A DNA stretch of 40,563 bases from a virus, in IMG/VR virus record IMGVR_UViG_3300006738_000023, positions 1-40,563 of that record. The stretch is one strand, 5' to 3'. Positions 8,985-18,083 of this stretch are shown one piece after another. The notes under the pieces are model-generated. The model searched no databases. It worked only from the letters and a program-made list of their open reading frames with translations, and had not been told where the DNA came from. A program made the position numbers and the translations under genes. How positions within the stretch are numbered: the first letter of the stretch is position 1; the number at the start of each line of letters is the position of its first letter.

Positions 8985-10136
8985 TTACGCCTTGGCTGGC
9001 TTGCGGTTAAAACGGGCGTAGGCGTTGGCATAGTTAACGTTCGCCTGTTTCGCTTGCCCGCCTTCGGGGGAGTGGCTGTTGTGAATGTGCTGGCCTTCGC
9101 CGTGGGCGGCGGCAACGTCGAACACGTAGCCGGCGGCCTGATCGGTATCCATGCCGTTGCTAATCAGCTTTTCCATTAGCTGGGGTTGGCCGGTGGTCTG
9201 GCAGGCTTTGATGATGCTGTTCACGCGGGTACGCTCGGCGGCTACCGCTTCTTGAACAGAGTTATCAATCTGAATTTTCCCCGGCCCCATCGCCTTGATC
9301 TCATCAAGTAGGGCTTGCGGCACATCTTCGATTTTGGCGATTGGCGTAGAGGCTTGCTGCCGTAGCGCGATAATCTGATCACCTAAATCAGCGGCTTGGG
9401 CTTCGGCCTCTTCGGGGGTTAAATCAAACGCTAGGGCGAGGGCATCGGCGGCGCTCATGGTGGTTTGCTGCCCGGCTAGCTGGGCACGCAGGTTAATCAG
9501 CTCGCCATGCTCTTCTAGCTGCTTTTTGAACTTGGACATATCAGCACAGGCCACCGCCTGCAGTTGGGCATCTTTAGCGGTGGCAATGCCCCACGCCAGC
9601 GCCTCATCCGCGCCCATTACCGTGTCGCCCTGATCCAGCAAGCCGTTAATCTCTTCGGCGGTCTTGCCGGTCACCCCTACGAACACATCAACGATGGCAT
9701 CATCAAATTTCGTGAGGTTGGCGGCGGTTTCCTGCATTTCCTTGGCGTTGTAGAAACCCACCATCAGCGAGCTGGCCCGGTGGGTCATTACCGTGGTGCC
9801 CACGCCCATGGTGCGGGTATCACCCGCCATCATGATCGTTACCGCGATACTGGCCGCCATGCCGGTTACTTTGGTGTGCACCTTGGCCCGGTGATTTTTG
9901 AGGTAGTTGTAAATGCGAACGCCGCTGGCCACATCGCCGCCAGGGCAATTCAGCTCTACATGGATCTCGTCTAGCTCGCCAAGCGCATCAATCGCGGCGA
10001 TTAACTCACGGGCGGGCTTTTCGCCGGTAAAATCGCTAATCCAATCCGGTGCCCAATCCGAGCCAATCGGGTTATCAATAGCGATATGTGCAATACGCGG
10101 ATTTTCCGCCATTGCTTGAGCTGTAAACCAAGGCAT
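8985..10136 (-). CDS. Prohead protease (ClpP/S49-like) fused to a C-terminal scaffold domain (gpC/Nu3 arrangement)
   Basis: INCPGGDVASGVRIYNYL...TGMAASIAVTIMMAGD...MTHRAS matches the ClpP-type core (INSPGG...GxAAS...H). The C-terminal 180 aa is helical and acidic, like a scaffold. Confidence 0.8.
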   Translation of the reverse strand: MPWFTAQAMAENPRIAHIAIDNPIGSDWAPDWISDFTGEKPARELIAAIDALGELDEIHVELNCPGGDVASGVRIYNYLKNHRAKVHTKVTGMAASIAVTIMMAGDTRTMGVGTTVMTHRASSLMVGFYNAKEMQETAANLTKFDDAIVDVFVGVTGKTAEEINGLLDQGDTVMGADEALAWGIATAKDAQLQAVACADMSKFKKQLEEHGELINLRAQLAGQQTTMSAADALALAFDLTPEEAEAQAADLGDQIIALRQQASTPIAKIEDVPQALLDEIKAMGPGKIQIDNSVQEAVAAERTRVNSIIKACQTTGQPQLMEKLISNGMDTDQAAGYVFDVAAAHGEGQHIHNSHSPEGGQAKQANVNYANAYARFNRKPAKA

Positions 10137-10138
10137 GG

Positions 10139-11635
10139 TTAGTCGTCCTCGTTATCTTCGTCGGTGGTGGCCAGGGCTTCAAGGGCTTTTTGAAGCGCCC
10201 CGTTTTTGGCGGTAATGCGCGGGTCTGAATCCAGCGCCAGCCCGTGTTGGTCGGCGCTTCGGTTGCCCTTGGCAATCTCGGCATCCAGCAGGTCGAGCGA
10301 CCAGCCGCGCTCTCCGGCTTTCTCGCTGCGTGGGGCAAAACCGGCGCGCACTTCCAGTAGGTCGGCGCTGACTTCTTTCAGCGGGTCCACCCAGCTCCAC
10401 TTCGGCGCAATCCAGTCGATGGCCAGCAGCTCTTTACGCCGCTGCCAGTAACCGGGAATGAGTAGCGCCCCGCTGGTCACGGCCACATCTAGCCATTTAG
10501 CCGCCACGCGGCGGCACCACTGGTGAACCATCAGCGAGGCTTGCAGCATTTCAGCCCGGCGGCGGAACTCTAAAAGCCCGGCCCGTATTGAGCTGTAGTT
10601 GACGCCTTTTAGGTCGCCGGTCATCTGCTCGTAGGTCAGGCCAGCGCCCGCGCCCACCGCTAACAGCTCGGTACGCAGCCACTCGGTGTATTGCCCTTGA
10701 ATATCGGGCGGCGTTGAGAACGTGACCTCTTCGTCATCTTCCAGGTAGTGGACGCCGCCGGGGGTGAACTCTTCAAAGCGGTCAACTTCACCGGGCACTT
10801 TCACAAGCTCGCCAAACGATGGGCCCTCCTCTTCGGGGTCTTGGTTTGTCTTACGTTTGACAAACGCGCCGAACAGCTGCGCCAGCTTTTGCCGGGCTAG
10901 CGTGGCGTCCTGCATTTCGTCAATTTCGTACAGCCGCACGATAACGCTGGTTAGCTCAGGCACCCCGCGCAGCTGGCCGGGCCGGGTCCGGCGGTACATG
11001 TGAATAACGTTATCCGCTGGCACCGGCACCCGTTCGTTATACGCGGCGGTGAGCTGTTCGTTGGGGTGATAGCGCCATAGGTGGTAAGCGGTACGCTGGC
11101 CGATGCCGTTAAACTCGATGCCCATCTTGATCAAGCGGCCATCAAAGCCACGTGAGTAGGCAGAGTCGAGGTGCTCCGATTCCACTACCTGCAGCTGCAG
11201 GGGTACGCTTAGGCCGTCGCTTGTGCGCCGGTAACGAAAGCGCCCTAGCACCTCCCCGGCTTCAAACTGTGCGCCAGCGGCTAACGCCTGTTGGCCGTAG
11301 AAATTGTCTACGCCGTCCGCGTCGCTTTCCTCTACCCACTGATCCCAAAGCGCCTGTATGACCGGGTTGCCCCACTGGGGCTTAATGCCGGTGCCCACTA
11401 GGTTGGAGACGTATTTCTCTTTGGCACTGGCGGCGTAGGCGTTGTTTCTAATGGCGTAGTGGCTGCGCGCCTGCAGGATGGGCAGCGAGTTTTCAATAGG
11501 CCCGTTGGGGCCGGTAACCATCGTTCCTTTGCCTGCCATACGGCGGCGGGTGCTGCCGCCCTCGTAGTAGGCGCGCACAGGCACTTGCCGCCCATCCCGC
11601 ACGGTCATACGGATTCGGGGCTTATTGGCGATCAT
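10139..11635 (-). CDS. Portal protein, lambda gpB family
   Basis: 498-aa ORF between gpW-like and protease genes. Acidic C-terminus (TTDEDNEDD). Confidence 0.8.
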   Translation of the reverse strand: MIANKPRIRMTVRDGRQVPVRAYYEGGSTRRRMAGKGTMVTGPNGPIENSLPILQARSHYAIRNNAYAASAKEKYVSNLVGTGIKPQWGNPVIQALWDQWVEESDADGVDNFYGQQALAAGAQFEAGEVLGRFRYRRTSDGLSVPLQLQVVESEHLDSAYSRGFDGRLIKMGIEFNGIGQRTAYHLWRYHPNEQLTAAYNERVPVPADNVIHMYRRTRPGQLRGVPELTSVIVRLYEIDEMQDATLARQKLAQLFGAFVKRKTNQDPEEEGPSFGELVKVPGEVDRFEEFTPGGVHYLEDDEEVTFSTPPDIQGQYTEWLRTELLAVGAGAGLTYEQMTGDLKGVNYSSIRAGLLEFRRRAEMLQASLMVHQWCRRVAAKWLDVAVTSGALLIPGYWQRRKELLAIDWIAPKWSWVDPLKEVSADLLEVRAGFAPRSEKAGERGWSLDLLDAEIAKGNRSADQHGLALDSDPRITAKNGALQKALEALATTDEDNEDD

Positions 11636-11636
11636 G

Positions 11637-11864
11637 TCAAAGCCCCTTGTTGGTCATCACTAGGCGGGTACGGCTACGGCGGCGCTTGCTGAGCGCCTGC
11701 AGGCGTTCGGCTATCTGATTTTCCAGCGACTGCAGCGCGGGTAAGTCGGCCTGAGCAAACTGCACTTGCCGCCCATTCTGGTTAATGGAGACGACGCGTT
11801 TACCCGTTGCCAGGTCTACGATGGCTTGGCGAACCTCGGCCAGCTGTTCGGGAGTGTTGGCCAT
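11637..11864 (-). CDS. Head-tail joining protein gpW-like
   Basis: 75 aa. EQLAEVRQAIVDLATGKRVVSINQNGRQVQF aligns with lambda gpW [31 protein letters not shown]. Confidence 0.8.
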   Translation of the reverse strand: MANTPEQLAEVRQAIVDLATGKRVVSINQNGRQVQFAQADLPALQSLENQIAERLQALSKRRRSRTRLVMTNKGL

Positions 11865-11875
11865 GGGTGGGCCTC

Positions 11876-13957
11876 CTAAATTCGGGGCTTAACAACGCGA
11901 CGGCGGCGGCGCGCTTGAGGCGCGGGTTGTGCCTGGGGTGGTGGTTGGCTTGCCTCGCTGCCCGTGGTGGGCGCGCTTAGCAGCAGGTTGGCATCCCAGT
12001 GGTCGGCCCACGTGGGCGGGGCTTGCCAGTTGATCTTCTCGCCCCCCAACAGAATGAAAATGGCGAGGTTGTAAACGAACAGGTCGAACGCTTCGTTTGG
12101 CTTACTGCCAGGGCGCGCCCATTTGCCGGTGGCGGGGTCGCGTACTTCGTAGGTCAGCTCATCAAACCACCACATGCCTAGCCAATCAGGGGTGTGCATG
12201 TAGCCCGCGCCGGGCTGTTCGCGGTCGATCATCGCCGCTACGGTGTCTTTCAGCAGGTCGGTGCCCAGTAGGTACAACGGCACATCGCCCCGCGCCCCAC
12301 TGCTGCGGCTTTTGCGCTTGGTGTTGTCAGGCTCGGTTTTACGGATGCGGCTGTTGGTTTTGCTACTGCCACCTTTCAACAGGTACACGCGGCCTTGCAG
12401 CCCATCGCCCCCGGCTCTTAACCGGCGGTGATATTCGTACGCCTGCGAGGTCACGCTTTCGGTGCCTTTACCCTCCCCACCGGTATCCACGCCCATAGCG
12501 AGAATCGGCATACGCCGCCCGCTACCATCGCCTAGCTTGTAGGTGCGCTTTAGCACGTCGCGGGTCAGCAAGTCCCAATCTTCGGGCTGCGTCATGGGGT
12601 TAATCTGCCGGGGTGGCTGGTCACCCTCGGGACCGCGATCCTCTTTGATGTTGAAGCGATCCACTAGCCACGTTTCGCGGTTCGGCCCCCAGCCATGCAC
12701 CTGCACCACAAACCGGCGGTTTTTGCCGCCCTGCACGTCTACCGCTGCCGTGAGGAAACGCACCCCGTGGGGCACGGTGCGATGCTGGTAGGCTTCACCC
12801 CGGTCTTTCAGGCGCTGGCCTGAGCGCTTCTCCCCCGGCGTGCGGTTCACGTAAGGGCGGCCCCAGTCAACGTTGGTGACTGACTGCAAATCCTTTTGGT
12901 TGCCGGTGGCTTGGAATGTCTCTTCGGCAGCGCGTAGCTTGCTTACCAGCGATTGCCATGTTTGATCCGATGCCGCCGGGCCTTCCATCCAGAAGGACGC
13001 AATGCGCGTTTCACGCGGGGTGCCTATCAGCTCACCCTCTAACGTCAGCTCGCAGCCTTCGGGCACCCAGCGGCCACGCTCGTTTAACTCGCGTTTAACT
13101 CGCTGGTCTACCTCAGCGCCACAGTGCGGGCAAAACACACACCCGCTTTCCATGCTGAAATTCTCTTGAATCGGCTGAAACCAGCGGCGGCAGGCGCTCT
13201 CTGGGCACTGCCAGTACAAGCGGCGGCGGTCGCCTTGGTTGTAGAGATCCAGTATCCCAGTCGTAGGCGGTGACCGGTGGGGCTCGCCTTCGGGCTGCTG
13301 CCAATCGGCATCTAACACGGGCCTGCCGGGGGAACTCTCCACCAGCGTCATGCCGGTACTACCAAACGTTTGGGTACGCTTGCTAGCCAGTACCCAGCCG
13401 GAACCCTCACCGCCTACGTTTTCCGTCATGCGGTCGTAGTCGGTCAGTAGCACAAACTGGTAGTCAGACGATGCAAAGACGTTCTTTGACGGGTGCTTAA
13501 TCGCCAGCATGTTGCCAGCGCGAAAAATGATGTCGTGAACGTTGTTATCGTGGCCACGCGGGCTTAACCGCTTGGCAATTTCGGGCGAGGCGTTGAAGCT
13601 ACGGCGCAAGCGTTTTTTGCTGTACTCCGCTGCTTTGGCCTCGGTAATTTGTACTACCAGCCCATCACCGGGGTCGTTAATGATCTTGTAGCAAATGAAG
13701 CCATCAACTAAGCCGATGGTTTTACCTGTTCGCGCCGGGCCTACAAAAATCACCGCGTCGTATTTGCGGGAACCCATGCAGTCCATGGGCTCAATCATGT
13801 AGGGGGTTTTGTCGGGCTTCCAAAGCGTCTTAGTGCCGTTGCCGTGTACGACATACATCGACTCGGCCACCGCTTCGCTCACGCGCACCCGGCGCGGCGG
13901 GCGTAACAGCGTGGCTATGTCATGGCGAATGGCGGCAGCGTTAGCGGTGTTAGCCAT
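11876..13957 (-). CDS. Terminase large subunit, GpA family
   Basis: 693 aa. Walker A-like GPARTGKT. Internal zinc ribbon (CPESACRRW...CPHCGAEV) typical of GpA-type terminases. Overlaps terS by 8 nt. Confidence 0.85.
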   Translation of the reverse strand: MANTANAAAIRHDIATLLRPPRRVRVSEAVAESMYVVHGNGTKTLWKPDKTPYMIEPMDCMGSRKYDAVIFVGPARTGKTIGLVDGFICYKIINDPGDGLVVQITEAKAAEYSKKRLRRSFNASPEIAKRLSPRGHDNNVHDIIFRAGNMLAIKHPSKNVFASSDYQFVLLTDYDRMTENVGGEGSGWVLASKRTQTFGSTGMTLVESSPGRPVLDADWQQPEGEPHRSPPTTGILDLYNQGDRRRLYWQCPESACRRWFQPIQENFSMESGCVFCPHCGAEVDQRVKRELNERGRWVPEGCELTLEGELIGTPRETRIASFWMEGPAASDQTWQSLVSKLRAAEETFQATGNQKDLQSVTNVDWGRPYVNRTPGEKRSGQRLKDRGEAYQHRTVPHGVRFLTAAVDVQGGKNRRFVVQVHGWGPNRETWLVDRFNIKEDRGPEGDQPPRQINPMTQPEDWDLLTRDVLKRTYKLGDGSGRRMPILAMGVDTGGEGKGTESVTSQAYEYHRRLRAGGDGLQGRVYLLKGGSSKTNSRIRKTEPDNTKRKSRSSGARGDVPLYLLGTDLLKDTVAAMIDREQPGAGYMHTPDWLGMWWFDELTYEVRDPATGKWARPGSKPNEAFDLFVYNLAIFILLGGEKINWQAPPTWADHWDANLLLSAPTTGSEASQPPPQAQPAPQARRRRRVVKPRI

Positions 13958-14450
13958 TGTCTGGGCTCTCCATATCCGCTGTTGCCGCTTGGTACATCTG
14001 CTCGCGTAACGCGTCGATCACGTGCTGCACGCGTTCGATGGCGTCAGGGTCTAGCCCGGCGTCACGCTCCAACGCATCGGGCAATGAATCCAAGCCCGCC
14101 GCTACCGTCTTAGCTAGGGTGCTTAACTCGCGGGCAAACTCATGCGCCGGTATCAGCTGCTTTATGGCCACCTCAAATTTAAGGCGCTCGTTTTCCGACT
14201 GATACCAAGCCTTTCGCGCATCGGGGAACTGGTCTAAATCTAACCCGCCCGCGATAGGCGTCTTTTCACCGAACAGCGCCGGGCCAACATCTGAAAGCGC
14301 GTAGGTGGGGTTACCGCGACGCGTGCCAGAGGGCATGACGCCATGCTCTTGCAGCCGCTTAGCCACGGTGCGGCGGTCTAATCCAAACGCTTGGCCAATC
14401 CTGCTAACCGACCAGTTATAGGCATCTTTGCTCTCTATCACTTCACCCAT
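13950..14450 (-). CDS. Terminase small subunit, Nu1-like
   Basis: The N-terminal winged HTH (SVSRIGQAFGLDRRTVAKRLQEHGVMP...GNPTYALSDV) parallels lambda Nu1 (NKKQLADIFGASIRTIQNWQEQGMPV...GNEVLYDSAAV). Confidence 0.75.
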   Translation of the reverse strand: MGEVIESKDAYNWSVSRIGQAFGLDRRTVAKRLQEHGVMPSGTRRGNPTYALSDVGPALFGEKTPIAGGLDLDQFPDARKAWYQSENERLKFEVAIKQLIPAHEFARELSTLAKTVAAGLDSLPDALERDAGLDPDAIERVQHVIDALREQMYQAATADMESPDNG

Positions 14451-14487
14451 AGATGCCCACCTCTTGCGGCGCTGATAACCCCCGCTC

Positions 14488-14620
14488 AGCTGTACATGAT
14501 TCGATTAAAAACAAGCTGCTCGATGTACAACTTGCACAGTTAACGCGCTGGGCAACCATGCGGGATTGTTACCACCTGCGGTGGTACATCCTGAAAACCC
14601 GAAAATTTCCCGAAATCCGG
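14488..14620 (-). other. Candidate cos region (cosN-like palindrome plus TerS-binding repeats)
   Basis: Non-coding gap upstream of the Nu1-like gene. GTACAT-containing repeats at 14491..14497 (+), 14523..14529 (inverted) and 14584..14590 (+). 7-3-7 palindrome TACCACC-TGC-GGTGGTA at 14570..14586. Tandem CCCGAAA(A)T at 14598..14617. Confidence 0.4.
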
Positions 14621-14691
14621 GACTGCCTGCCCCCGTGGTCTGGGCATCACTTGCTGGGAAGGACCCGCGTTTTTTGCACCGCGTTGGTGCA

Positions 14692-14967
14692 TTATTCAGC
14701 CTGCCGATTACGGAAGATAAGCGCGACGGCTCGGCGGTCGGCGTTGAAGCGGATGCGCAGGGCTTCGTAGTCGGCTAGCAGCTGCAGCAGGTCGCGGTTA
14801 GTGTGGATCTCTCGAACGGGCGCGGGGCGTGGATCAATCAGGAACCACGGCAGCGCTTGGGGTGTCGGCTCCGCTGGTGTCGGGGCGGGTGAGGCGGCGC
14901 ACCCAATCAGCAACGCCGATAGGCACAGGCTGGCCAGCCCACGCCCTAGAATCTGAATCCGCATCAT
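14692..14967 (-). CDS. o-spanin (Rz1-like outer-membrane lipoprotein)
   Basis: Lipobox LLIGC after a signal peptide, followed by a Pro-rich mature part. Starts inside the Rz frame and extends past its stop (overlapped architecture). Confidence 0.75.
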   Translation of the reverse strand: MMRIQILGRGLASLCLSALLIGCAASPAPTPAEPTPQALPWFLIDPRPAPVREIHTNRDLLQLLADYEALRIRFNADRRAVALIFRNRQAE

Positions 14968-15256
14968 CCACCCCCATAGCTTCGGCCTGGGCGCGCAGTC
15001 GGTCGATGCGCTGCGCGCCGTCGTTTAATTCACGTTCGCGCACATCTAACGCTTCAACTAACAGCCGGTTACGCTCTACCTGCACCGCCAACGTCGCGGC
15101 GGTCACATCGAGCGCGACTTGTGCTTTCGCGTGCTGCTGCTGGGCCTGCTCCAACTCAGCCCGTAATCCACTGAGTCGCCACATCAAACCAATGCCAACG
15201 ACCAGCGCTATCACCAGCGCCCACGGAATCAGCTTCGTTAGCAGCCTGCTCAGCAT
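14834..15256 (-). CDS. i-spanin (Rz-like)
   Basis: N-terminal TM (LIPWALVIALVVGIGLMW) followed by coiled-coil sequence. Lies directly after the endolysin. Confidence 0.75.
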   Translation of the reverse strand: MLSRLLTKLIPWALVIALVVGIGLMWRLSGLRAELEQAQQQHAKAQVALDVTAATLAVQVERNRLLVEALDVRERELNDGAQRIDRLRAQAEAMGVDDADSDSRAWAGQPVPIGVADWVRRLTRPDTSGADTPSAAVVPD

Positions 15257-15722
15257 CCCGCACCCCCTCTAAACACATTTCACGTTCAGCGGCGCGGCGT
15301 CTTACCAGCCCACGCAACCGCTCACCCCCGGCATACACCCAACGGGAAAGCTCATTACACGCGCCCTCAAGATCCCCGGCGTTCGCCTTACGTGCCAGCG
15401 TCGAGCGCTGCAGCTTGCCCGCACCAAGGTTGAACGTGAACGACACGAACGCGGCGCGGGTAGCGTCAGGCATCGGCACGGTAATGATGCGGTCCACCGC
15501 GTTCAGCGCCTCACGCATGTCCTGCTCTAGCAACTCGTCACACTGCGCCGGGGTGAGCGTTTGGCCTGGGGCTGCCGTGGCCGTGTGCCCAGTGCATACC
15601 GTCCACACGCCCACAGCGTCGCGGTAGCTCTCCAGCTTGGTGCCCTCGAACGGCACAATGATGCTTGCGGCTATCGCCATTACCGCGCCCACCCCGGCGC
15701 TAATCGCTCGTTTGTTAGCCAT
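15156..15722 (-). CDS. SAR endolysin, GH24 lysozyme
   Basis: Catalytic E-x8-D-x5-T (FEGTKLESYRDAVGVWT). Weakly hydrophobic Gly/Ala-rich N-terminal segment (AISAGVGAVMAIAASIIV) typical of signal-anchor-release domains. Start chosen at ATG 15722. Confidence 0.8.
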   Translation of the reverse strand: MANKRAISAGVGAVMAIAASIIVPFEGTKLESYRDAVGVWTVCTGHTATAAPGQTLTPAQCDELLEQDMREALNAVDRIITVPMPDATRAAFVSFTFNLGAGKLQRSTLARKANAGDLEGACNELSRWVYAGGERLRGLVRRRAAEREMCLEGVRDAEQAANEADSVGAGDSAGRWHWFDVATQWITG

Positions 15723-15993
15723 TGCGCCCACCCCGCCGGTTGTCAAAGTGCTTCCAAATATCGAACGCCAAGCGCAGCCCGACGAACACCAAGCCGCCCA
15801 CGCTCACCACATCAGCCGTCACCACGTGAACGCCTCCCATCTCAATCAGCGGCATGTTCAGCAGCGACACCACCTCACCGGGCGAGGGTGAAATATCCAT
15901 GACGGCGGCCGCGCTGGCCTTAGACGTTTGCGACACAGCAGACACGCCACTACCGCCCACGTACGCAATCACACGGCCAGCGTCGACTTTCAT
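15715..15993 (-). CDS. Holin / pinholin candidate
   Basis: First gene of the lysis cassette. ATG at 15993 has GGTGA upstream. C-terminal TM (VVSVGGLVFVGLRLAF) followed by a charged tail. Overlaps the endolysin start. Confidence 0.5.
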   Translation of the reverse strand: MKVDAGRVIAYVGGSGVSAVSQTSKASAAAVMDISPSPGEVVSLLNMPLIEMGGVHVVTADVVSVGGLVFVGLRLAFDIWKHFDNRRGGRNG

Positions 15994-16012
15994 AAGCAAT
16001 CACCAAATCGCA

Positions 16013-16048
16013 GACATAAAAAAACCGCCCGGTGAGGGGCGGCATGTC
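16013..16048 (-). terminator. Rho-independent terminator between integrase and lysis cassette
   Basis: Minus strand reads GACATGCCGCCC-CTCACC-GGGCGG followed by TTTTTTT. Confidence 0.75.
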
Positions 16049-16140
16049 TAAACACGGAACATTAAAGGGCTTGCTGCGGGGCTAAGGGAACGTAAATACC
16101 CCACATGCCATAAACGATAGATCAAACTATCACTGATTGC

Positions 16141-16155
16141 AACACGTAACGTGTT
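16141..16155. promoter_or_regulatory. ACAC-N5-GTGT operator-like palindrome downstream of int
   Basis: AACAC-GTAAC-GTGTT has the same half-sites and spacing as the cI/cro operators. Confidence 0.4.
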
Positions 16156-16240
16156 AAATGCCCCTCAAGAGTGTTACACACCAGCATGCCAACCACCATC
16201 ACGGCACGTGCTGGATACTCTTAACAGATAGGTTTGCTCA

Positions 16241-17509
16241 TTACCCCGCCGCCCCTTGCCACCACTGGGGCCGGTCGCTGTTGTGATAAAACGACGATCT
16301 TGGTTCTGTCTCGGTCAGAAACACGCTAAAACCACGCTCACACAGCCATTTATGCCAGCGCTCCAACGCGTCGAGAATCTGCCGCTCTGCGTAGGTGTGA
16401 ATGTAAGTACGATCTAGTTTTGTTAGGGCGTGATTTAACAGCAGCTCACCGGCTAGATACTCGACCCCGAGGTCAGCCCATGTAGTCCTGGCGAGCTTAC
16501 GCAGATCGTGAGAATGCCACCGCGCACCGCTGGCACTCACCACCAGATCAAACACAGCTGAACGGGATAACGGCTTACCCTTCGATGCACCAGGAAACAG
16601 ATACACGCCCCGGTAACCGTTCGCCTGCTGATATGCTCGGTAACGGGTCAACAGCGTGACAGCCATGGGCGTTAACGGCAGGCGGTGTTGTCGTTTGGAT
16701 TTTGTATTGTCGGTGGGGATAGTCCACGTGCGCGCGTCGAGATCGAACTGCCCCCACTTGGCTAGCCGCGTCTCACTGATACGGGTGCCGAACAGCAGCA
16801 TCAATAACAGCAGAAAACACCCCGGCGGCTCGCACGAACGCAGGGCGCGTATCACCTCGGGCACATCGGCAGCGGTCAGCGCACCCGCTTTAGCTGGGGT
16901 TTTCGCGTCGATGAAGTCGCCCACATTCACCCCGGCGAACGGGTCAGCATCCAACAGGTTCAGCTTACGGGCTTGCTTGAACGCGGCCTTGATCACCCCA
17001 AAAATCAGGCGCACATAGGCCACGGAATAATGCTCCTGTAGCGGCCACACCAACCCGCTATCGATAGACGCGGGCGTAATGCCCGCCAGCGGCTGGCCAC
17101 CGAACAGGGGCAATAGGTGCCGATTCACGGCGGTTTTGATCGATGATTTTCGAGTAGCGGATAACCGGCCATGGGATGCCGAACGGTCACGATACCAACA
17201 CAGCAGGTCGGCCACGGTTTCCCACGCATCGACGCCCACCGGCCCGGCAGGGTCAAGCGCCAGCTTGGCTTGAATCTCCGGCAAGCGCGCCAGCAAAGCG
17301 CGGGTGGTCAGCTCCGGGTAATTGCCCACCCGGTGCCAGTGGTCACGCCCACCGGCATAGCGCACCACGTACCAGCTCGCCCGCTCACGGCACGCATGAA
17401 AACGCACCCGCACCGGGTAGCGCGGGTCGCGTAACTGAGTAATCGAAGGGTCTTGTATGTGACGCTTGATAGCCGCGTCAGAGAGAGTAACCGCGAGGGT
17501 TTTGGGCAT
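16241..17509 (-). CDS. int: Tyrosine integrase, P4-like
   Basis: 422 aa. Catalytic signature: GTRISE (Arg), HDLRK (His-x-x-Arg), LLNH, and RTYIHTY (Tyr). N-terminal arm-binding-like domain. Confidence 0.9.
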   Translation of the reverse strand: MPKTLAVTLSDAAIKRHIQDPSITQLRDPRYPVRVRFHACRERASWYVVRYAGGRDHWHRVGNYPELTTRALLARLPEIQAKLALDPAGPVGVDAWETVADLLCWYRDRSASHGRLSATRKSSIKTAVNRHLLPLFGGQPLAGITPASIDSGLVWPLQEHYSVAYVRLIFGVIKAAFKQARKLNLLDADPFAGVNVGDFIDAKTPAKAGALTAADVPEVIRALRSCEPPGCFLLLLMLLFGTRISETRLAKWGQFDLDARTWTIPTDNTKSKRQHRLPLTPMAVTLLTRYRAYQQANGYRGVYLFPGASKGKPLSRSAVFDLVVSASGARWHSHDLRKLARTTWADLGVEYLAGELLLNHALTKLDRTYIHTYAERQILDALERWHKWLCERGFSVFLTETEPRSSFYHNSDRPQWWQGAAG

Positions 17510-17571
17510 GGGCTCAAACTCCGAGACAGCAACGCCCCCGCCTGGGGGTCAATGCGCCGGGCTGAGCCGTT

Positions 17572-17609
17572 GCGTTATTGCGTTATATCACGCTAGCGTT
17601 ATAGCGTTC
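17572..17609. repeat. Five GCGTTA/TCACGC boxes in 8-bp register, upstream of int
   Basis: GCGTTA at 17572, GCGTTA at 17580, TCACGC at 17588, GCGTTA at 17596, GCGTTC at 17604. Box starts are exactly 8 bp apart. Confidence 0.8.
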
Positions 17610-17821
17610 TAATTAGTGATAGGGGTTACTCGATGCGCCGGAACGTAGCGAATGCGTGACTTATGCTCCATATCCCTCCAATTCCGGTCACCAAACACCT
17701 TTAGCTTTAAGCGACCATCCGGCATTTCCTTCAAGACGTGACAACGCATGTGATAACGCTTCACCCATCGGCAGCAGTGATAACACTCTAGTAAGTGAGT
17801 AGCGTTTTCAGATGTCAGCAT
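17609..17821 (-). CDS. Cys/His-rich small protein, unknown function
   Basis: 70-aa ORF (CYHCCRWVKRYHMRCH) in a visibly lower-GC patch. Confidence 0.5.
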   Translation of the reverse strand: MLTSENATHLLECYHCCRWVKRYHMRCHVLKEMPDGRLKLKVFGDRNWRDMEHKSRIRYVPAHRVTPITN

Positions 17822-17858
17822 TCTAGGCTCCCGACAGGAAAATCAAGGAATAAGGATT

Positions 17859-17872
17859 GCGTTATTTAACGC
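17859..17872. repeat. Two-box unit GCGTTA-TT-TAACGC upstream of ORF 17609..17821
   Basis: Same boxes and the same 8-bp spacing as the other arrays. Confidence 0.6.
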
Positions 17873-17885
17873 CAGTGTTACACCC

Positions 17886-18083
17886 TCAAGGCGGGCCGAT
17901 AGCCTGCCCAATCAACCAGACAAGCAACGCGATACACGCCGCTACAACCCCGGAAAGAAAACCAGCAGCTAAAAAGCTTTCAGCACTCCAAAGCCAATCC
18001 GGCGGCGGATCTTTACTGACAAAGGCATAAAACAGCGCATACCACAGCGCCACAAGCACAGCGCGGGCAAAGTGCTTTTTCAT
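17886..18083 (-). CDS. Small membrane protein (2 TM)
   Basis: 65-aa ORF with two hydrophobic helices. ATGA overlap with the upstream gene. Confidence 0.55.
   Translation of the reverse strand: MKKHFARAVLVALWYALFYAFVSKDPPPDWLWSAESFLAAGFLSGVVAACIALLVWLIGQAIGPP

Noticed and set aside
8985-9560. Separate nested scaffold gene (Nu3-like) inside the protease gene
   Set aside because: This is plausible by analogy with lambda C/Nu3, and in-frame Met codons exist (for example the Met starting MSKFKKQLEEH). However, I see no convincing internal SD, so I did not annotate it as a separate CDS.
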